64,000 bases of DNA. Source: Hormiphora californensis (taxonomy: Eukaryota; Animalia; Ctenophora). The stretch lies in the NCBI GenBank assembly GCA_020137815.1, contig CM035351.1, forward strand, positions 6,262,001 to 6,326,000, given 5' to 3'. The notes beneath the pieces are model-generated. The model had not been told where the DNA came from. It did no database searches and worked only from the letters and a program-made list of their open reading frames with translations. Position numbers and translations under genes: made by a program. This document shows positions 51,289-64,000 of the stretch, piece by piece (within the stretch, counting starts at the first letter, position 1; the number at the start of each line of letters is the position of its first letter).

Positions 51289-54200
51289 ATGGTTTCTGAG
51301 ACCGGGAATTGCTTGAACGAGAAGGAAATTAACGAGATCTATTCCCTATTCGACAAGTACGTTATTATGTCTAAAGTTTCCATCCATTATATCCACTCAA
51401 TCTCTATTACTAGTGAAATGATACTACATATCATGACACGTGGTATAAACAAGATGGATAATTTGTTAGAGTAAGAACTTTAAAAATGTCATGCTACAAG
51501 GTTTATAATTAATTTAACTAAACGCTTTTTAAAATATCAAACACTCTGAGATTAGTCGATTTTCCATGTGTCTTTGAATTCCATTCGACCTTTCAACTAA
51601 ATTTGTCCATAAATACAAGTGTCCCAAAGATCATAAAAATATTCAAACTGCCTACTACCACCCACACGAATTGGTCCTAGTAGGTCCTTCCCAGTCTCAC
51701 TTTGAGGATCAAACAGCTTGACTATCTTGAACAATTCACCAGTAGTCAGCTCACTCTCTAAATTCCCCCACCGACACCACAAAGGACTAGCTTCACTCTC
51801 CGGGTTGATCAGGATCATGCCCTGTCTTCCAACTCTGTTCACCTCCTCACGGCTAGATCGGGGTTTCCCACACCACACCCCCTTGATCTCCTTGTTAGTG
51901 ACAAGACACTCCAGAGCGGCCTGTTTCAGATCCCCAAAAACCAGTTTAACGGACAACTCCACGTTGTTTTGCCGGTATGCCTTCCTAACCAGCTGTGCAA
52001 TAAAGTAGGTGGTGTCCCCGTATTGGGAGGCTCCTGCTGCCACAAAAGAGCAGTGCCGTCCATTCCCACCGTCCTCAGACACCCACAGTGCCTTGTGTGT
52101 GAAGGTGTAGTTCCCCTTTCTGTCAACATCACGCTGCAAAGTCAGGGTAGCTGTTTCAACCGTGTCATACAGCTCCTTGACATAGTGGTGGCAGTTATTA
52201 GTTCTCCAACCGTAGCTCTCTCGGGCTGTCCGGGTGTGGTTTGCTTTATGTAACAGCTCGAAATATGTCTGAGGCATCATTTCATACCAAGGAAGGACAT
52301 CAGAATCAATGACAGCTCCATTCACATTCTCTAACACGACCGGTCCATCCTGGCCCCCTGGCCCCATCTTCATCCTGACCTGGGAGATCTCCTTGTTCCT
52401 TACAATGGCCAAGGCAGCCCCCTTCAGACTATCAAACACCCTCACAGACACACTCCCTTCACTGGTGACTGAGGAGTTAGCCAGGTTAGACCCGAACTGA
52501 GAGTCCTCCCCAGCATACTCACACACAACATAATAAGTCTTCTTGTTACCACAGATTCCCCGTGCTATGAAGGCCCAATGCTCAGCCTTAGCACCGGCCA
52601 TCTCCCCCATTAAGTGCAGGGGCCAGCCTGGAGAATAGTTTCACACTGAATACTGCCTTCTCGATCAGAACAAGATCGTGTAGTATCTCCTCAGTCTCCT
52701 CCACGGGCTCGTCTTGTTTCACGTTCTTTTCACGGTCTTGACGAGCTGCATTGAGGTTGTCCACGGCGAGGTACGAAGTGATGGCAGTCGCTGCACCCGC
52801 CAATACAAGTCCTAACACCCTCTCCATACGATATGCTATACTAGGGGTGAAGGGGTGATTGGAGGGGTTGTAAAGGGATCAATGTGATTGAAGGGGGTTG
52901 TAAAAGTATGGTTACAGCAAAATTACAATAAGACAAAACTGAGTAATGAAACTGACAGCTATTACAATACCACATATGGCTGTTGAGTAACATATGTCAC
53001 ATTGTTATTCACAGCCAAGGAAGTGCTGGCAAACTGTATAAGAGCTATTATGTTTACACACTGACAATGAATAAACTCACATACATACACACAGACACTA
53101 CATCACATGTGAATAGTGGCACTCACACACACACGAAACACTTAATGGACCACAAACACAAAACAACTCCCTCTCATGCCCCCCCCCCCCCCATTTGACA
53201 CCCAACTCCTGCCCCCTTGACATATTCTATCCCCCTTGATACACCTCCTCTCCCCCAGGTTTGATGGTGACGGTAACGGGCAGCTAGATGGTGAAGAGTT
53301 CCAGCGGTTGATCAACAACATGGGGGTCAGTGCACCGAAGGAAGATCTGGATAACATGATTAAGGAGATAGATGGGAATGGAAGTGGTACTATCGAGGCT
53401 TACGAGTTGATAGATTACATAGAGAGGACCAGTGTACTGAACTTCAGGTAAGATAGAGAGGACTAGTGTACTGAACTTCAGGTAAGATAGAGAGGACTAG
53501 TGTACTGAACTTCAGGTAAGATAGAGAGGACTAGTGTACTGAACTTCAGGTAAGATAGAGAGGACTAGTGTACTGAACTTCAGGTAAGATAGAGAGGACT
53601 AGTGTACTGAACTTCAGGTAAGATAGAGAGGACTAGTGTACTGAACTTCAGGTAAGATAGAGAGGACTAGTGTACTGAACTTCAGGTAAGATGGCCAAGT
53701 AAACAGGGGGTACTGACAGGCGACAGTCAGTGTATCAGTGTGGTGGGGAGGACTGAGGAGTGATCGGTAAAAGGGTTTCTGGCTGCTACTGTTTGGGCAG
53801 TTTTATGTCGTGCCCAGGACAGTGTTGTAACATGTAGCCTGCGTAACGCCACAGTACCATGCTACCGCATTATTTCCCAGTGGTGATCACCATGACAACA
53901 CCTATTATTTCCTAGTGGTGATCACCATGACAACACCTATTATTTCCCAGTGGTGATCACCATGACAACACCTATTATTTCCCAGTGGTGATCACCATGA
54001 CAACACCTATTATTTCCCAGTGGTGATCACCATGACAACACCTATTATTTCCCAGTGGTGATCACCATGACAACACCTATTATTTACCAGTGGTGATCAC
54101 CATGACAACACCTATTATTTACCAGTGGTGATCACCATGACAACACCTATAATTTCCCAGTGGTGATCACCATGACAACACCTATTATTTCCCAGTGGTG

Positions 54201-54815
54201 ATCACCATGACAACACCTACTATTTTCCAGTGGTGATCACCATGACAACACCTATTATTTCCCAGTGTGGTGATCACCATGACAACACCTATAATTTCCC
54301 AGTGGTGATCACCATGACAACACCTATAATTTCCCAGTGGTGATCACCATGACAACACCTATTATTTCCCAGTGGTGATCACCATGACAACACCTATTAT
54401 TTCCCAGTGGTGATCACCATGACAACACCTATTCCCAGTGGTGATGAGATAATGGAGGCGTTCAACCTAATAGATCATGATAGTGGCGGAGAAATAACAC
54501 TAGACGAACTAACTAAAGCACTCCAGTCAGCTGATGTAGGAATATCAAGCCAGGAGGTCAATGTAATCTTCAAAAATGTAGGTGTACACCAAATTAATCA
54601 ACTTTCCAAATCAAGTCTGTATGGACTGCAGTTTTGGTAGCTGGTACACAATAAATAAACCAATCGAAATGGTTTGTTTACTAAAAGTTTCATCGTCAGA
54701 AAATGCACACTTATATATACTAATTTCCTGTTTCCTGTAGGTCGACAAGAATGGAGATGGAAATATAACATTTACTGAGTTCAATAACATTCTGCGGGGC
54801 ATGGTTAACTCCTGA
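51289..54815 (+). CDS. Calmodulin-like protein with four EF-hands, 156 aa; exons 51289-51356, 53259-53447, 54439-54577, 54741-54815
   Basis: Phases join exactly (471 nt). Loops DGDGNGQLDGEE, DGNGSGTIEAYE, DHDSGGEITLDE and DKNGDGNITFTE. Confidence 0.9.
51597..52827 (-). CDS. Nested antisense single-exon gene (~409 aa): N-terminal hydrophobic anchor plus two tandem LRAT/PPPDE-like (permuted NlpC/P60) domains
   Basis: ORFs 52588-52827 and 51597-52610 join after removing 1 nt (about 52610-52622). Motifs HWAFIA...YGWRTNNCHHY, plus an internal repeat. Lies wholly within intron 1 (51357-53258) of the EF-hand gene. Coding status is well supported; the family call is motif-based. Confidence 0.7.
53419..53690 (+). 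repeat. 34-nt tandem repeat x8 spanning a 5' splice site
   Basis: atagagaggac(c/t)agtgtactgaacttcAG|GTAAG; the first copy is the real exon 2 end. Confidence 0.97.
53868..54445 (+). repeat. 35-nt tandem repeat spanning a 3' splice site (17 AG|tg junctions, 16 of them AG|tggtgat)
   Basis: tggtgatcaccatgacaacacctattatttcccAG; the last junction (54438/54439) is the real exon 3 start. Confidence 0.97.
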
Positions 54816-55528
54816 TAGTGGTTGTTGAAGGGATTACCCAACAAGATATAGTGGCCAACAGAGACCGATAGAGATATTATCCAGATTAAGATACAAGACA
54901 CACAGAAAGATATACATGCGATCAGAGAAGGATATATTGCTCAGTGCCAGTTTCCTACCAGGGACAAATATTATAGGTTGGTTGTGGTTCCTAGCTTCCC
55001 ACAAGTGTCACTTGTCAGAGAATAATGAATATCGTGTAAATAGTAAAAATTAGTTAGTACATTGACACTTGATTTTAGATGTACATTTATCAAAATCCAA
55101 ACTGAAACAGTGTGAAAAGACACACGAAGAAATAAAGAATTTTTTATATAGCTGTCAGCTGGTGGCGCCACACCCCATTTTCATTTTGATCCTCAAATCG
55201 ACAGTACGATGATAGGATCAGATCGGGGCGACCCCGCAAGACAATTATTTAACTTTGTGATTTTGATCTATATAATTATTTATTAATATCTTATCTCTTA
55301 TAATAAGGGAAATAAGGGAAACTTGTCAATGAATTTCTCTAAGCTAAAGGTGAGATTTCAAAATGATCATTGCATGCTATAAATTGCTTTTAAATTTAGT
55401 TATGCAGATTTAAATACCATATAATATATGTACTCTAACTCCTTGCCTTATCACATAACATGTTCCGCTAAGCGTCCTGCGATTCCATTAGAGTTAGACA
55501 AATACATCAGCCATTCTCTCTCTATCTA

Positions 55529-55598
<70 letters not shown>

Positions 55599-56993
55599 CG
55601 ATTCTTCTTTCAATCTCCCCACACACACATAATATTCGATCGTGTTACTTTGCTCAGCTTAACCCTCTGTCTAGCCAATAGCTATTGCTAGTACGTGGCA
55701 TAGACGTGTTCATGACCTCCCTGCTTTAACCCTGACACGAGATCCAATCACTCGGCTTTTCATTAGTACCCCCAGCCCCCCACCCCCCCCAGTCGACACG
55801 TGCACCTGTGCAGGGCGCAAGGAGAGATGATATAACTGCTGAATAACCAGTTCTATCTGTAGATGCATGCCCCCCCCTAGACTTTCTCATGGTGCTTCAC
55901 AACTGTCTCTTCTCGGATTGATTGCTTCTCTCAGTCTCTATCTCGCTTTTCAGATATCTATCATTAGATCTATCATAGCTCGCTTACCATTTTATTCAAC
56001 TGCTGCTGCTTCTTGAATGGGGGTTGGTATTGCAATTGGTAAAAAGTATTGAACAAAGCACTCTATACAAAATATTGTTATGTTCTAACCCTCCCTTGTA
56101 ATGGGGCGCACGAAATACAGTCTATAGCTAGGCAAACAAAATATGAGGGGGGGATTAAGAAGAATAATGTTTGTGACTTGCTAAGCTAACACGGAGCTAA
56201 AAGGAACTATTCTGTGCAGGTCACTTCTACAGAAGGAAGTGGAGTGACATATCTAGATGTGAAGTTTCAACATCTCCTGTCTGGCGGCGTTTTGTTTCAA
56301 ATCGACAGTGCGCTCAGATCGGCTCCACCAGACAGTGCAAAATGCAAATCTTTAACTATACGATCAGGATGATCCAATATATGCAGTGAGAATTGACATC
56401 CGATTATCCCTTAGCTTACGACTAGTGTAACTTTACATATATCACAATTTCAAAACTGCCCCAAAACTATGAGAATAGGCGTGCATCTTAGAAGGAATGG
56501 CCATTACATCATAATCTTCTATAGAAACTAGCCTAGAGGAAAAGACAACCATGTAACACGCCTAAAATTCAATTAGCCTGTATCATACAGTGTATGTGAC
56601 ATTGTAACAATTATTGGCCCCATCATAGTGCCTTATAACGCCCCACAGCGGCAGGGGTATGAAATAGTGGCCTGTAAAACAAATACTGGCCAGCCGACAT
56701 CATAGAGAGAAAGATGTGTGTTCGTGCACGGTAAAAAATATAATTTGCTTGTGACGGTGAAGGAAAGCGAATGAGAGATAGAGTGAAAGAAATAGAGATA
56801 GAGTAAAAGAAAGAGAGGTAGAGTGAAAGAAATAGAGATAGAGTAAAAGAATGAGAGGGCATTACTGGCAGACAAAGAATTGTGTTTTATACGGGGTGTG
56901 TACAACTAATGTATCAGTTTATCCGAAAGGAAAAAACCTATGCAGTTGCTACGGCCGCACTACAGGAAACTGAGTCCACTGGATTAGCAACCC

Positions 56994-57086
<93 letters not shown>

Positions 57087-58887
57087 CTTTCTTTCTTTCT
57101 TTCTTTCTCTCTCTCTCTCATTCCTTCTCTCCGGAGAGTCAAAAAGCAAACATTGCCAGGCACATGGGAAACAATGCAATCTAATATACCTAGTATGCGA
57201 GCTGTGGCAAATAACATTCAAGACAATGTCCTTTTGACCACATGCTCTTTTGACCATGTACCCTCTTTCCCACCACTACCACTACGCACCTGCTGCTCTC
57301 TAAGCTTGACTTGTTCCACCTCTCCATCCTCCTCCACCACTGCTATACTAGGACTGGATAGCATGACCCAGGGGTCTCGGCAGGTTACCGTCGGTCTCTC
57401 TACTAGTGGCACCAGTTCAGCCTCATATGATGTACTGTACCTACTACCACGGTCGTGTAAACATGGCAGAGAACAGAAGGAACGAAGGCGTCGCATATAA
57501 CAAGAATGGTTAGAAACGTAACACCAGTGTGAATTCATGTTCGGAAGATAAGAGCATGTTGTACTTGTACGGGGGGGGGGGGGGGGGGGGGGTGCGTCAT
57601 TCCACTTTAATGCCCCTTTAGCAGGATTTAGGATCGGTAGCCGGCAACTATATTGAAACTGGCCCACTAGCATGTTCAGTAATGCATTCAACCAGACTGC
57701 TATAAATTGCTTTAAGTGGTTCAAAGAATAGAAACATTACACGTGGGATGGTTGCCTTGCTCCACCATGTTCACTGCGCCCCTGGTTTCAACAATACAAG
57801 GGGCATGGGTGATACATAGGACATAGAGTAACCTAAGTGTATAACTGCTAACACAGGGCCACCAGATCTGGTTGGTATTATATCGAAGTTACCCACAACC
57901 TTGATCTACCCAACCCTCACTGACGTGTGAGACAACCCCAACCTTGCAGGGATGGGAGGGGTAAATTTGTTACTCCACCAAATCTGTAGCAAGCGTGATT
58001 TTGCTGAACTCCTTAATCGAGGCATGATTTTGTAGGGAGACCAGAGGCAGCAGGTAGTTTAATAGTTTTCTAGTTTGATCCTTACCCGGGGTTGGAAACC
58101 CCTCGTATATTTCACTCTGATAGAACTAGAGACGGGTAGGGTACAGCTATAAACTAGCAGTTGGTTGGTTGATATATCAAGCATGAATTTGCTGAATTCG
58201 TATGACAGATGAAGGCAAATTTCTTTATAATCTAATCCCTTTCAAGAGAAGCTTCTTCCTGCTAAATTTGATTGAGACACACTGACACATAGCGAAATAT
58301 TGTGCGTTATTTCACAATGCGAGATTGACAAGTTGCTTTTTGTGGAACAATCTGTCTGATCTCGTAGCTACGATCAGACTAGAATTACTCTACTCGAAAT
58401 TATTCAAATTCTCCGTTCAAATAGAAATTAAATGCATAGTTATACTGTCAGAGCATTGGCCTGACAATAGTTATACGCGTCTAGGCTGATGACTATTCAA
58501 TGCAAGATCATTTTACAAATTAATATTTTGCTAACCATTGCGACTGCTGAAGATATCGATCCCGATTTTCGTGATCTCTTCCTGCTTAGATCCTTATCAA
58601 CCACAGCTTTCTGTATCTCCCCAATCTCTTCTTCCTCTTCTTTAGCACCCTCTCTTGTCCGGAGAGACGGGGGATTTCGCCTGAAAATATCGAGAGTTTT
58701 GTGCTTTGTTTTTAATTGTACAGTGGAAAACAATTTCACAAAAGCATGATACCAGAGAAAGGGTTGAAGCGCATCAATTTAAATCACGCTTCTCGTCACA
58801 GGAAATTTCTGTGTCGTAGTTTTGAGGCATATACCCCTCAAGAAGAGACTGGAGTGCATTCCATTACTGCTTTTAATGAGAAAGAGA

Positions 58888-58984
<97 letters not shown>

Positions 58985-59369
58985 ATATTGAAATCTTGTA
59001 CGAGGTTGAGGGATGAAGTGACAGCGCAGAGAACTGCAGAACTGTCAAGAAACAAATTTAAAACAACGAAGGTCTATCATGGTTTGCTTTTGGGTATCAA
59101 TTAGGTATTTTTGACGAGATTCTAACCCTCCCGAACACAGTCTAGCCAGGTAAACTTTCGACGTGAGGGGAAGGGAGCCCGGGGGAGGTTACTCAACAAG
59201 CCTTGTCGAGGAAGTGGGACAGCAAATCATCAGGCGTTCATGACTTTCGATTTTTTTAAAAATCTTGCTGGAATCGTTATGTTATGCGACATGCTTAAAA
59301 TATATTATTTCGATAGTGATAGTCTGTATTTCTTGAATTAAAACTTTGTTCCGGTCGGCTGTCACTGAG

Positions 59370-59677
<308 letters not shown>

Positions 59678-59830
59678 TGAGCACAGTAAGAAAAAGGAGT
59701 CCAAGCGACAGGTGAGAAGTAATGGAACTGGATTTATGAGACTTCAAGTATCCGGTACCCATGTCATGACGTTAATAGGAGATTAAGAGGGGAGAGAAAG
59801 AGAAGAGAATATTTAGTTTCATCAAGTAGT

Positions 59831-60004
59831 ACAGTCGGACCCCGATTTAGGGGCCCCCGATTTAGTGGCACCCCGATTTAGGGACAGGATTATTTTTCCT
59901 CCGATATAGGAAATTAACCTTATTTGACCCCGATTTAGTGGACACCCCGATTTAGTGGACAAGAGCCTTTCCCCCGAGGGTGTCCCTAAATCGGGGTCCG
60001 ACTG
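59831..60004. mobile_element. Same MITE family, copy 3
   Basis: cagtcggaccccgatttaggg...ccctaaatcggggtccgactg with flanking TA. Confidence 0.85.
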
Positions 60005-61109
60005 TATGTAGAATCAAGCAGTATGTAGAATAATGGTAGAATTTTGTTAAAACCCCTTTTTATTTTCCAGCTGTCGCGGCCATCCTGGAGAGAGTGTCGA
60101 ACAAGGTACAAACTGCTTGTTTTGTTAACGAGAGAGATGTATCCACTCGATAATAAATTATACACACAGTCTCCCATATATAATATACCCTTTATTGCTT
60201 CACATATATTCTGCTATTGAACATTGAGTATTGATACCATTATCTAGAACTCATCCATCGCTTGATCTATCGCATCTTGATCTATTGCTAATCAAATTCT
60301 GACAGAACGCTCTATTAACTACGCTGATCAGAGAGATGTCTAGTTGAAATGCATTTAACTAAACTCATTTTAATACGGGGTCGGCCACGCACGATGGCGA
60401 GTAACGACCAATACCATGACAGTGTATCTCTAACTACAGCTGACTCTCGTTCATTAAGTTTTAACCAAGACATTTTTTCTAAGAAAAACCATAATTTCGG
60501 GATTACTTCGTGTGCACACGAAGCAATCCCAAAATTAAGAAACCTTCTCGTTTATTATAAATCTCCAAAACATATGGGCTTCTTATTTTGTTGGGGTGTT
60601 TCTGGTTTGTGTGGTTTCTATAGAACTAAAGAATTCGATTTAAACAGTTTCTTATTTAAAAGTTTACTCTTGTTATGTTCTAACCATCCTTTACATTGTC
60701 GCGGGGCGTGGAGAGAGAGAGAGAGAGGGGGCGAACAAAACGAGAAGAAAATAGATTAACTAGTTTCTTGGTTGACAGTTCTATCTTTGCAAACCTCGGT
60801 AGAAATGATCTAACCATTTCCCTCGAACGATATACTTGTTTTGTGTTTCAAACACTGTTTTACTTGACTGATACTTGTGTAATTGAGGCCCCATTTTGGC
60901 ATTACTAAATCGTGCTTCTCGCCCCTAACTTCTAGATATCCCTCAAGTACGATTTATTTAACGAGTGTATTGTCATAGTTAACAAGTTAACATATGTGTA
61001 TTAATGTCATAGTTAACACGTTAACATATGTGTATTATCATAGTTAACAAGTTAACATATGTGTATTATCATAGTTAACAAGTTAACACGTGTATAACTG
61101 CCCTCTCAG

Positions 61110-61269
61110 GATGGAGTTGACAATGCCACCAGTATGCCAGGCCTACAAGGACAACTACAAACGGAACTCCATCTTGTGCACCATCTTTATCAGTATTCTC
61201 ATTATAGGGGCAGTCCTTACCCCCATGTTGTTCATGTACTTCAAGTTAAAGAGCTGCAATGACGGATAG
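61110..61269 (+). CDS. Candidate terminal exon or 52-aa single-TM microprotein
   Basis: ccctctcag|g ATG...MELTMPPVCQAYKDNYKRNSILCTIFISILIIGAVLTPMLFMYFKLKSCNDG-TAG. A possible upstream micro-exon at 60071-60105 is in phase. Confidence 0.45.
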
Positions 61270-63289
61270 GACCCAGTTAAAGAGCTGCAATGACGGATAG
61301 GACCCAGATGAATTGTGTTCCTAGCATTCAGTATGGTATCCCCCCGGTATTCTCAGTGCAATGACGAAATGGATAATTGTGATAAGAGGAACTACCTGAA
61401 TACCACATTCACTTCCGCCCTCCATCTTCATTGCAAGAATGATTCACGATCAGAGGTGATTACTATAATATTCGCGATTGTAACAATTGTAAAGACCGTT
61501 GATAGAGATTGGAGTAAATTTCTCAAAACTATTTAACTGTCTAGTGATTGATATAGATTATGCAGAAGCGTTTAACTATCGTGCGTGCTCTTCAGTTGAA
61601 TTCGCTACGTAATGTGATCATTTCAACACCATTGTAAAGTTATAAAAGTCACAATTGTGTAATTTACCTGAGTGGTTTTGGTGGTGGGTCAGGGGAGGAG
61701 GGAGAATCACGCTCCCCAACAGTACCATCAACACTAGGAATCTCAGAGGTCAGGGTAGTCCTAGGTGTCGCCCGGAGAGATACAAATGGACCATTCCTGG
61801 ACTCACTCCCACCTAGACAGGGTGACATAATGTGGGGAAATAAATTGGGCCCAATGAAATCACGCCTGTTCTGCCACATGGTAACTTATAGCACGTATAA
61901 AACTCGAACTACATCCTCATGCTACCTCTATAACTTCTGGCAGAACGGGTATGATATAATCCTCCATAATCCATATGTTTGGGCTGTTATGTTCTAACCC
62001 TCGTTTATGGTAAAGGAGTTTACCGGGGCGTGGTGAAAGAGGGCAGCTGTTTAAATAGTTGGGGTACAGAAATATCGGTAATTACCCCTCTGAGGACTGA
62101 GAGATGTTACTATATTTACTGTTGCTGTCACTATACTTACTGTTGCTGGTGGTGGTAATGCTGGCGAGAGATCGCTGAGAGGTAGAGGGAGAACGAGTTT
62201 TTAGATCGGCTATCCTCCTCTCTATCTCACTTTCTTCACCTATATCCTGAAATTAGGTGAATAACTCATCGTATCATTACCTGTCCAACAAGTAACATAA
62301 TTCGATTTCATTTTCCCTCTATTTTCCCTTATAACATATGGCTCAACCATATCTCCTCACTCTGAAGCTAAAAACTTCCCTTCATACGGTGGATCAAATT
62401 GCACTGCACATTGTTCATCACTGCGCTGGCAAGCGCAAAGGTTGCCATTCCCCCTCCCCCCAAAGCGCTGCCAGAAACGCAGTTATACATTTTATGGGTG
62501 TTTTGGCTGAAAACCAAGATTTCAGAAGGCTATAGCGTGGCCCCCTTTCATCCGTTTGACTTGAAATTTGGAATGTATACCCGGCTTGGGGTCATTGACT
62601 CAAGTTTAAAATTTCAAGTCTCTATCTCATCTGGAACGGAAGTTACAGACAGGTCCCATTTGCCGAAGATTCAGTGTAACGGACGCGCGCGCGCGCGCAT
62701 AGGAGAGACGCTTTTTTTGAACACGATTCTGAACAAACGGAAAAAGATAGAGACTTCTCGTTTTAACTAGCTTGTAGATCTACTGGATTATTGTGTTATT
62801 AGCGGGGTGAAGTTTTCTATCATCCCCAGGAACGTCCTACAGAATGTCTTAAGATCGTCACTTTTCATAACTTCTTTGAGCTCAATTTACACCCAGAAGA
62901 TGGATTCTAATCGAAAAACGAAGACTATAACATGGAAAGAGAATTGTCTGAACTTTCAGAAACTATATTGCGAATTTTCAAAACTAGACGTATAAGGGTC
63001 TTAAAACGCGTCTAAAGTGTTATGACTGTTTAAAAATAGATATGACGATATGGGTTTTTTCGCCATAGCGGACTCAAATCTCATCCAATCGATCTCAAAC
63101 TTGGTCAGTATTTTCATCTAGGTAATCCCGATGATATTACGTCATCATTATGACGTCATAACGTCGTGACGTCATTTTATGACGTCAAAATTACGTCAAA
63201 AATGAAAATTTTGCAATTTCGCGATTCCATCCTCTCCGTACCTGTTCTACTACATGTAAATGGATAAAAAATCCCAAAAATGATGCAAA

Positions 63290-63493
63290 TTATACCAAAA
63301 CTAATTGAAATTAGTAGGCCGGAAAGGTTGCCCTATGATTTGAGCTACCTTTGGCACCAGTACATTCCCTTTTGAAGATAGAAGAAGCATCTGTTATACC
63401 CTGTCTGTACCCCGTGAATGTTATGGTGGCAAAGGTAGCTCAAATCATAGGGCAACCTTTCCGGCCTACTAATTTCAATTAGTTTTGGTATAA
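63290..63493. mobile_element. 204-bp MITE with ~70-bp near-perfect TIRs
   Basis: ttataccaaaactaattgaaattagtaggccggaaaggttgccctatgatttgagctaccttt and its reverse complement. Confidence 0.85.
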
Positions 63494-63505
63494 TACCTTG
63501 ATACC

Positions 63506-63930
63506 TAGTAGAGCTTGGGCCTGGGAAAGATCAGTAAAAACAACTCTGGATCTGACACCTCCGACAAGATTGTTTGATGAAGGAGTAGTAACAGTCATTT
63601 CCATAGCAACCCACACACCGTGATGGGGTGGCTGTGATTTGTGTGACACACAGTGAGTTTAATGAGAAGGACCTGGTACAACTCACGCCGGCTAAAATAT
63701 GTGTAACATACGTCAAAGATGGAAATATACTTGTGACAAGACAGTGCAATAAGTGGAACAGTTGAGCAGGAAATAAGAACACCAAACAAGGGCTGGAAAA
63801 TGTGAGAATAAAGCTCGGGTATTAATATAGAGATCAGAGTGTCAGCTGTAGGGGACACGACAGGAACACTACAGCAGACACCCAATAAAATTGCTAAATG
63901 TAAAATGAAATTATAGTATTCTCTTAGAAG
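63506..63930 (-). CDS. Exon of a multi-pass membrane protein, class A GPCR-like TM2-TM4 region
   Basis: YNFILHLAILL (TM2-like) and STVPLIALSCHKYISIF (resembles SxxxLxAISxDRYxAI). The frame breaks near 63600-63660; the rest is probably outside the window. Confidence 0.4.
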
Positions 63931-64000
63931 GAAAAACACAAGGCAGAAATGATAGAGGCAGAAATGATAGAGCAGGAATGATAGAGGAGGAGGAGAGAGA

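Noticed and set aside
53419-54445. CRISPR-like appearance of the 34-35-nt repeats (also 40390-40704)
   Set aside because: The repeats are contiguous with no unique spacers, the context is eukaryotic, and no cas genes are present.
57218-58739. Minus-strand ORFs 57218-57496 and 58497-58739 (and 61664-61879) as exons of one gene
   Set aside because: Composition is plausible but I found no family motif and could not build a consistent splice chain; left uncalled.

Overview
Gene-dense eukaryotic (animal) genomic DNA with GT-AG introns, (GA)n/(CT)n microsatellites and many MITE-like repeats. It is most likely a ctenophore (Pleurobrachia/Hormiphora-like). That guess rests on my recall of two dispersed repeats (translating as 'QSDPDLVA...' and 'QPIRDQxFLIRSV') and is unverified. 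1-20.3 kb holds nine tightly packed minus-strand genes: PSMA3, SON, HAT1, VPS54, a divergent yippee-like gene, a CHST-type sulfotransferase, YPEL5, SCYL2 and a 90-aa orphan. 20.8-29 kb is a transposon/repeat zone with a possible pseudogene. 30-37 kb is 4E-T (EIF4ENIF1). 39.3-42.2 kb is a 2.9-kb TIR element carrying spliced exons. 44-50 kb is a DENND2-like gene. 51.3-54.8 kb is a 4-EF-hand calmodulin-like gene with an antisense, essentially intronless gene nested in intron 1; the nested gene encodes a tandem pair of LRAT/PPPDE-like (permuted NlpC/P60) domains. 55-64 kb has small exon candidates and a GPCR-like fragment. The most unusual signal is that four minisatellite arrays in three different genes are built from the splice site itself: a donor x8 and acceptors x17, x~55 and x9. 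In two arrays each 34-35-nt unit is a complete GT...AG micro-intron-shaped module. About a dozen single-base frameshifts in conserved genes are most likely long-read assembly errors.
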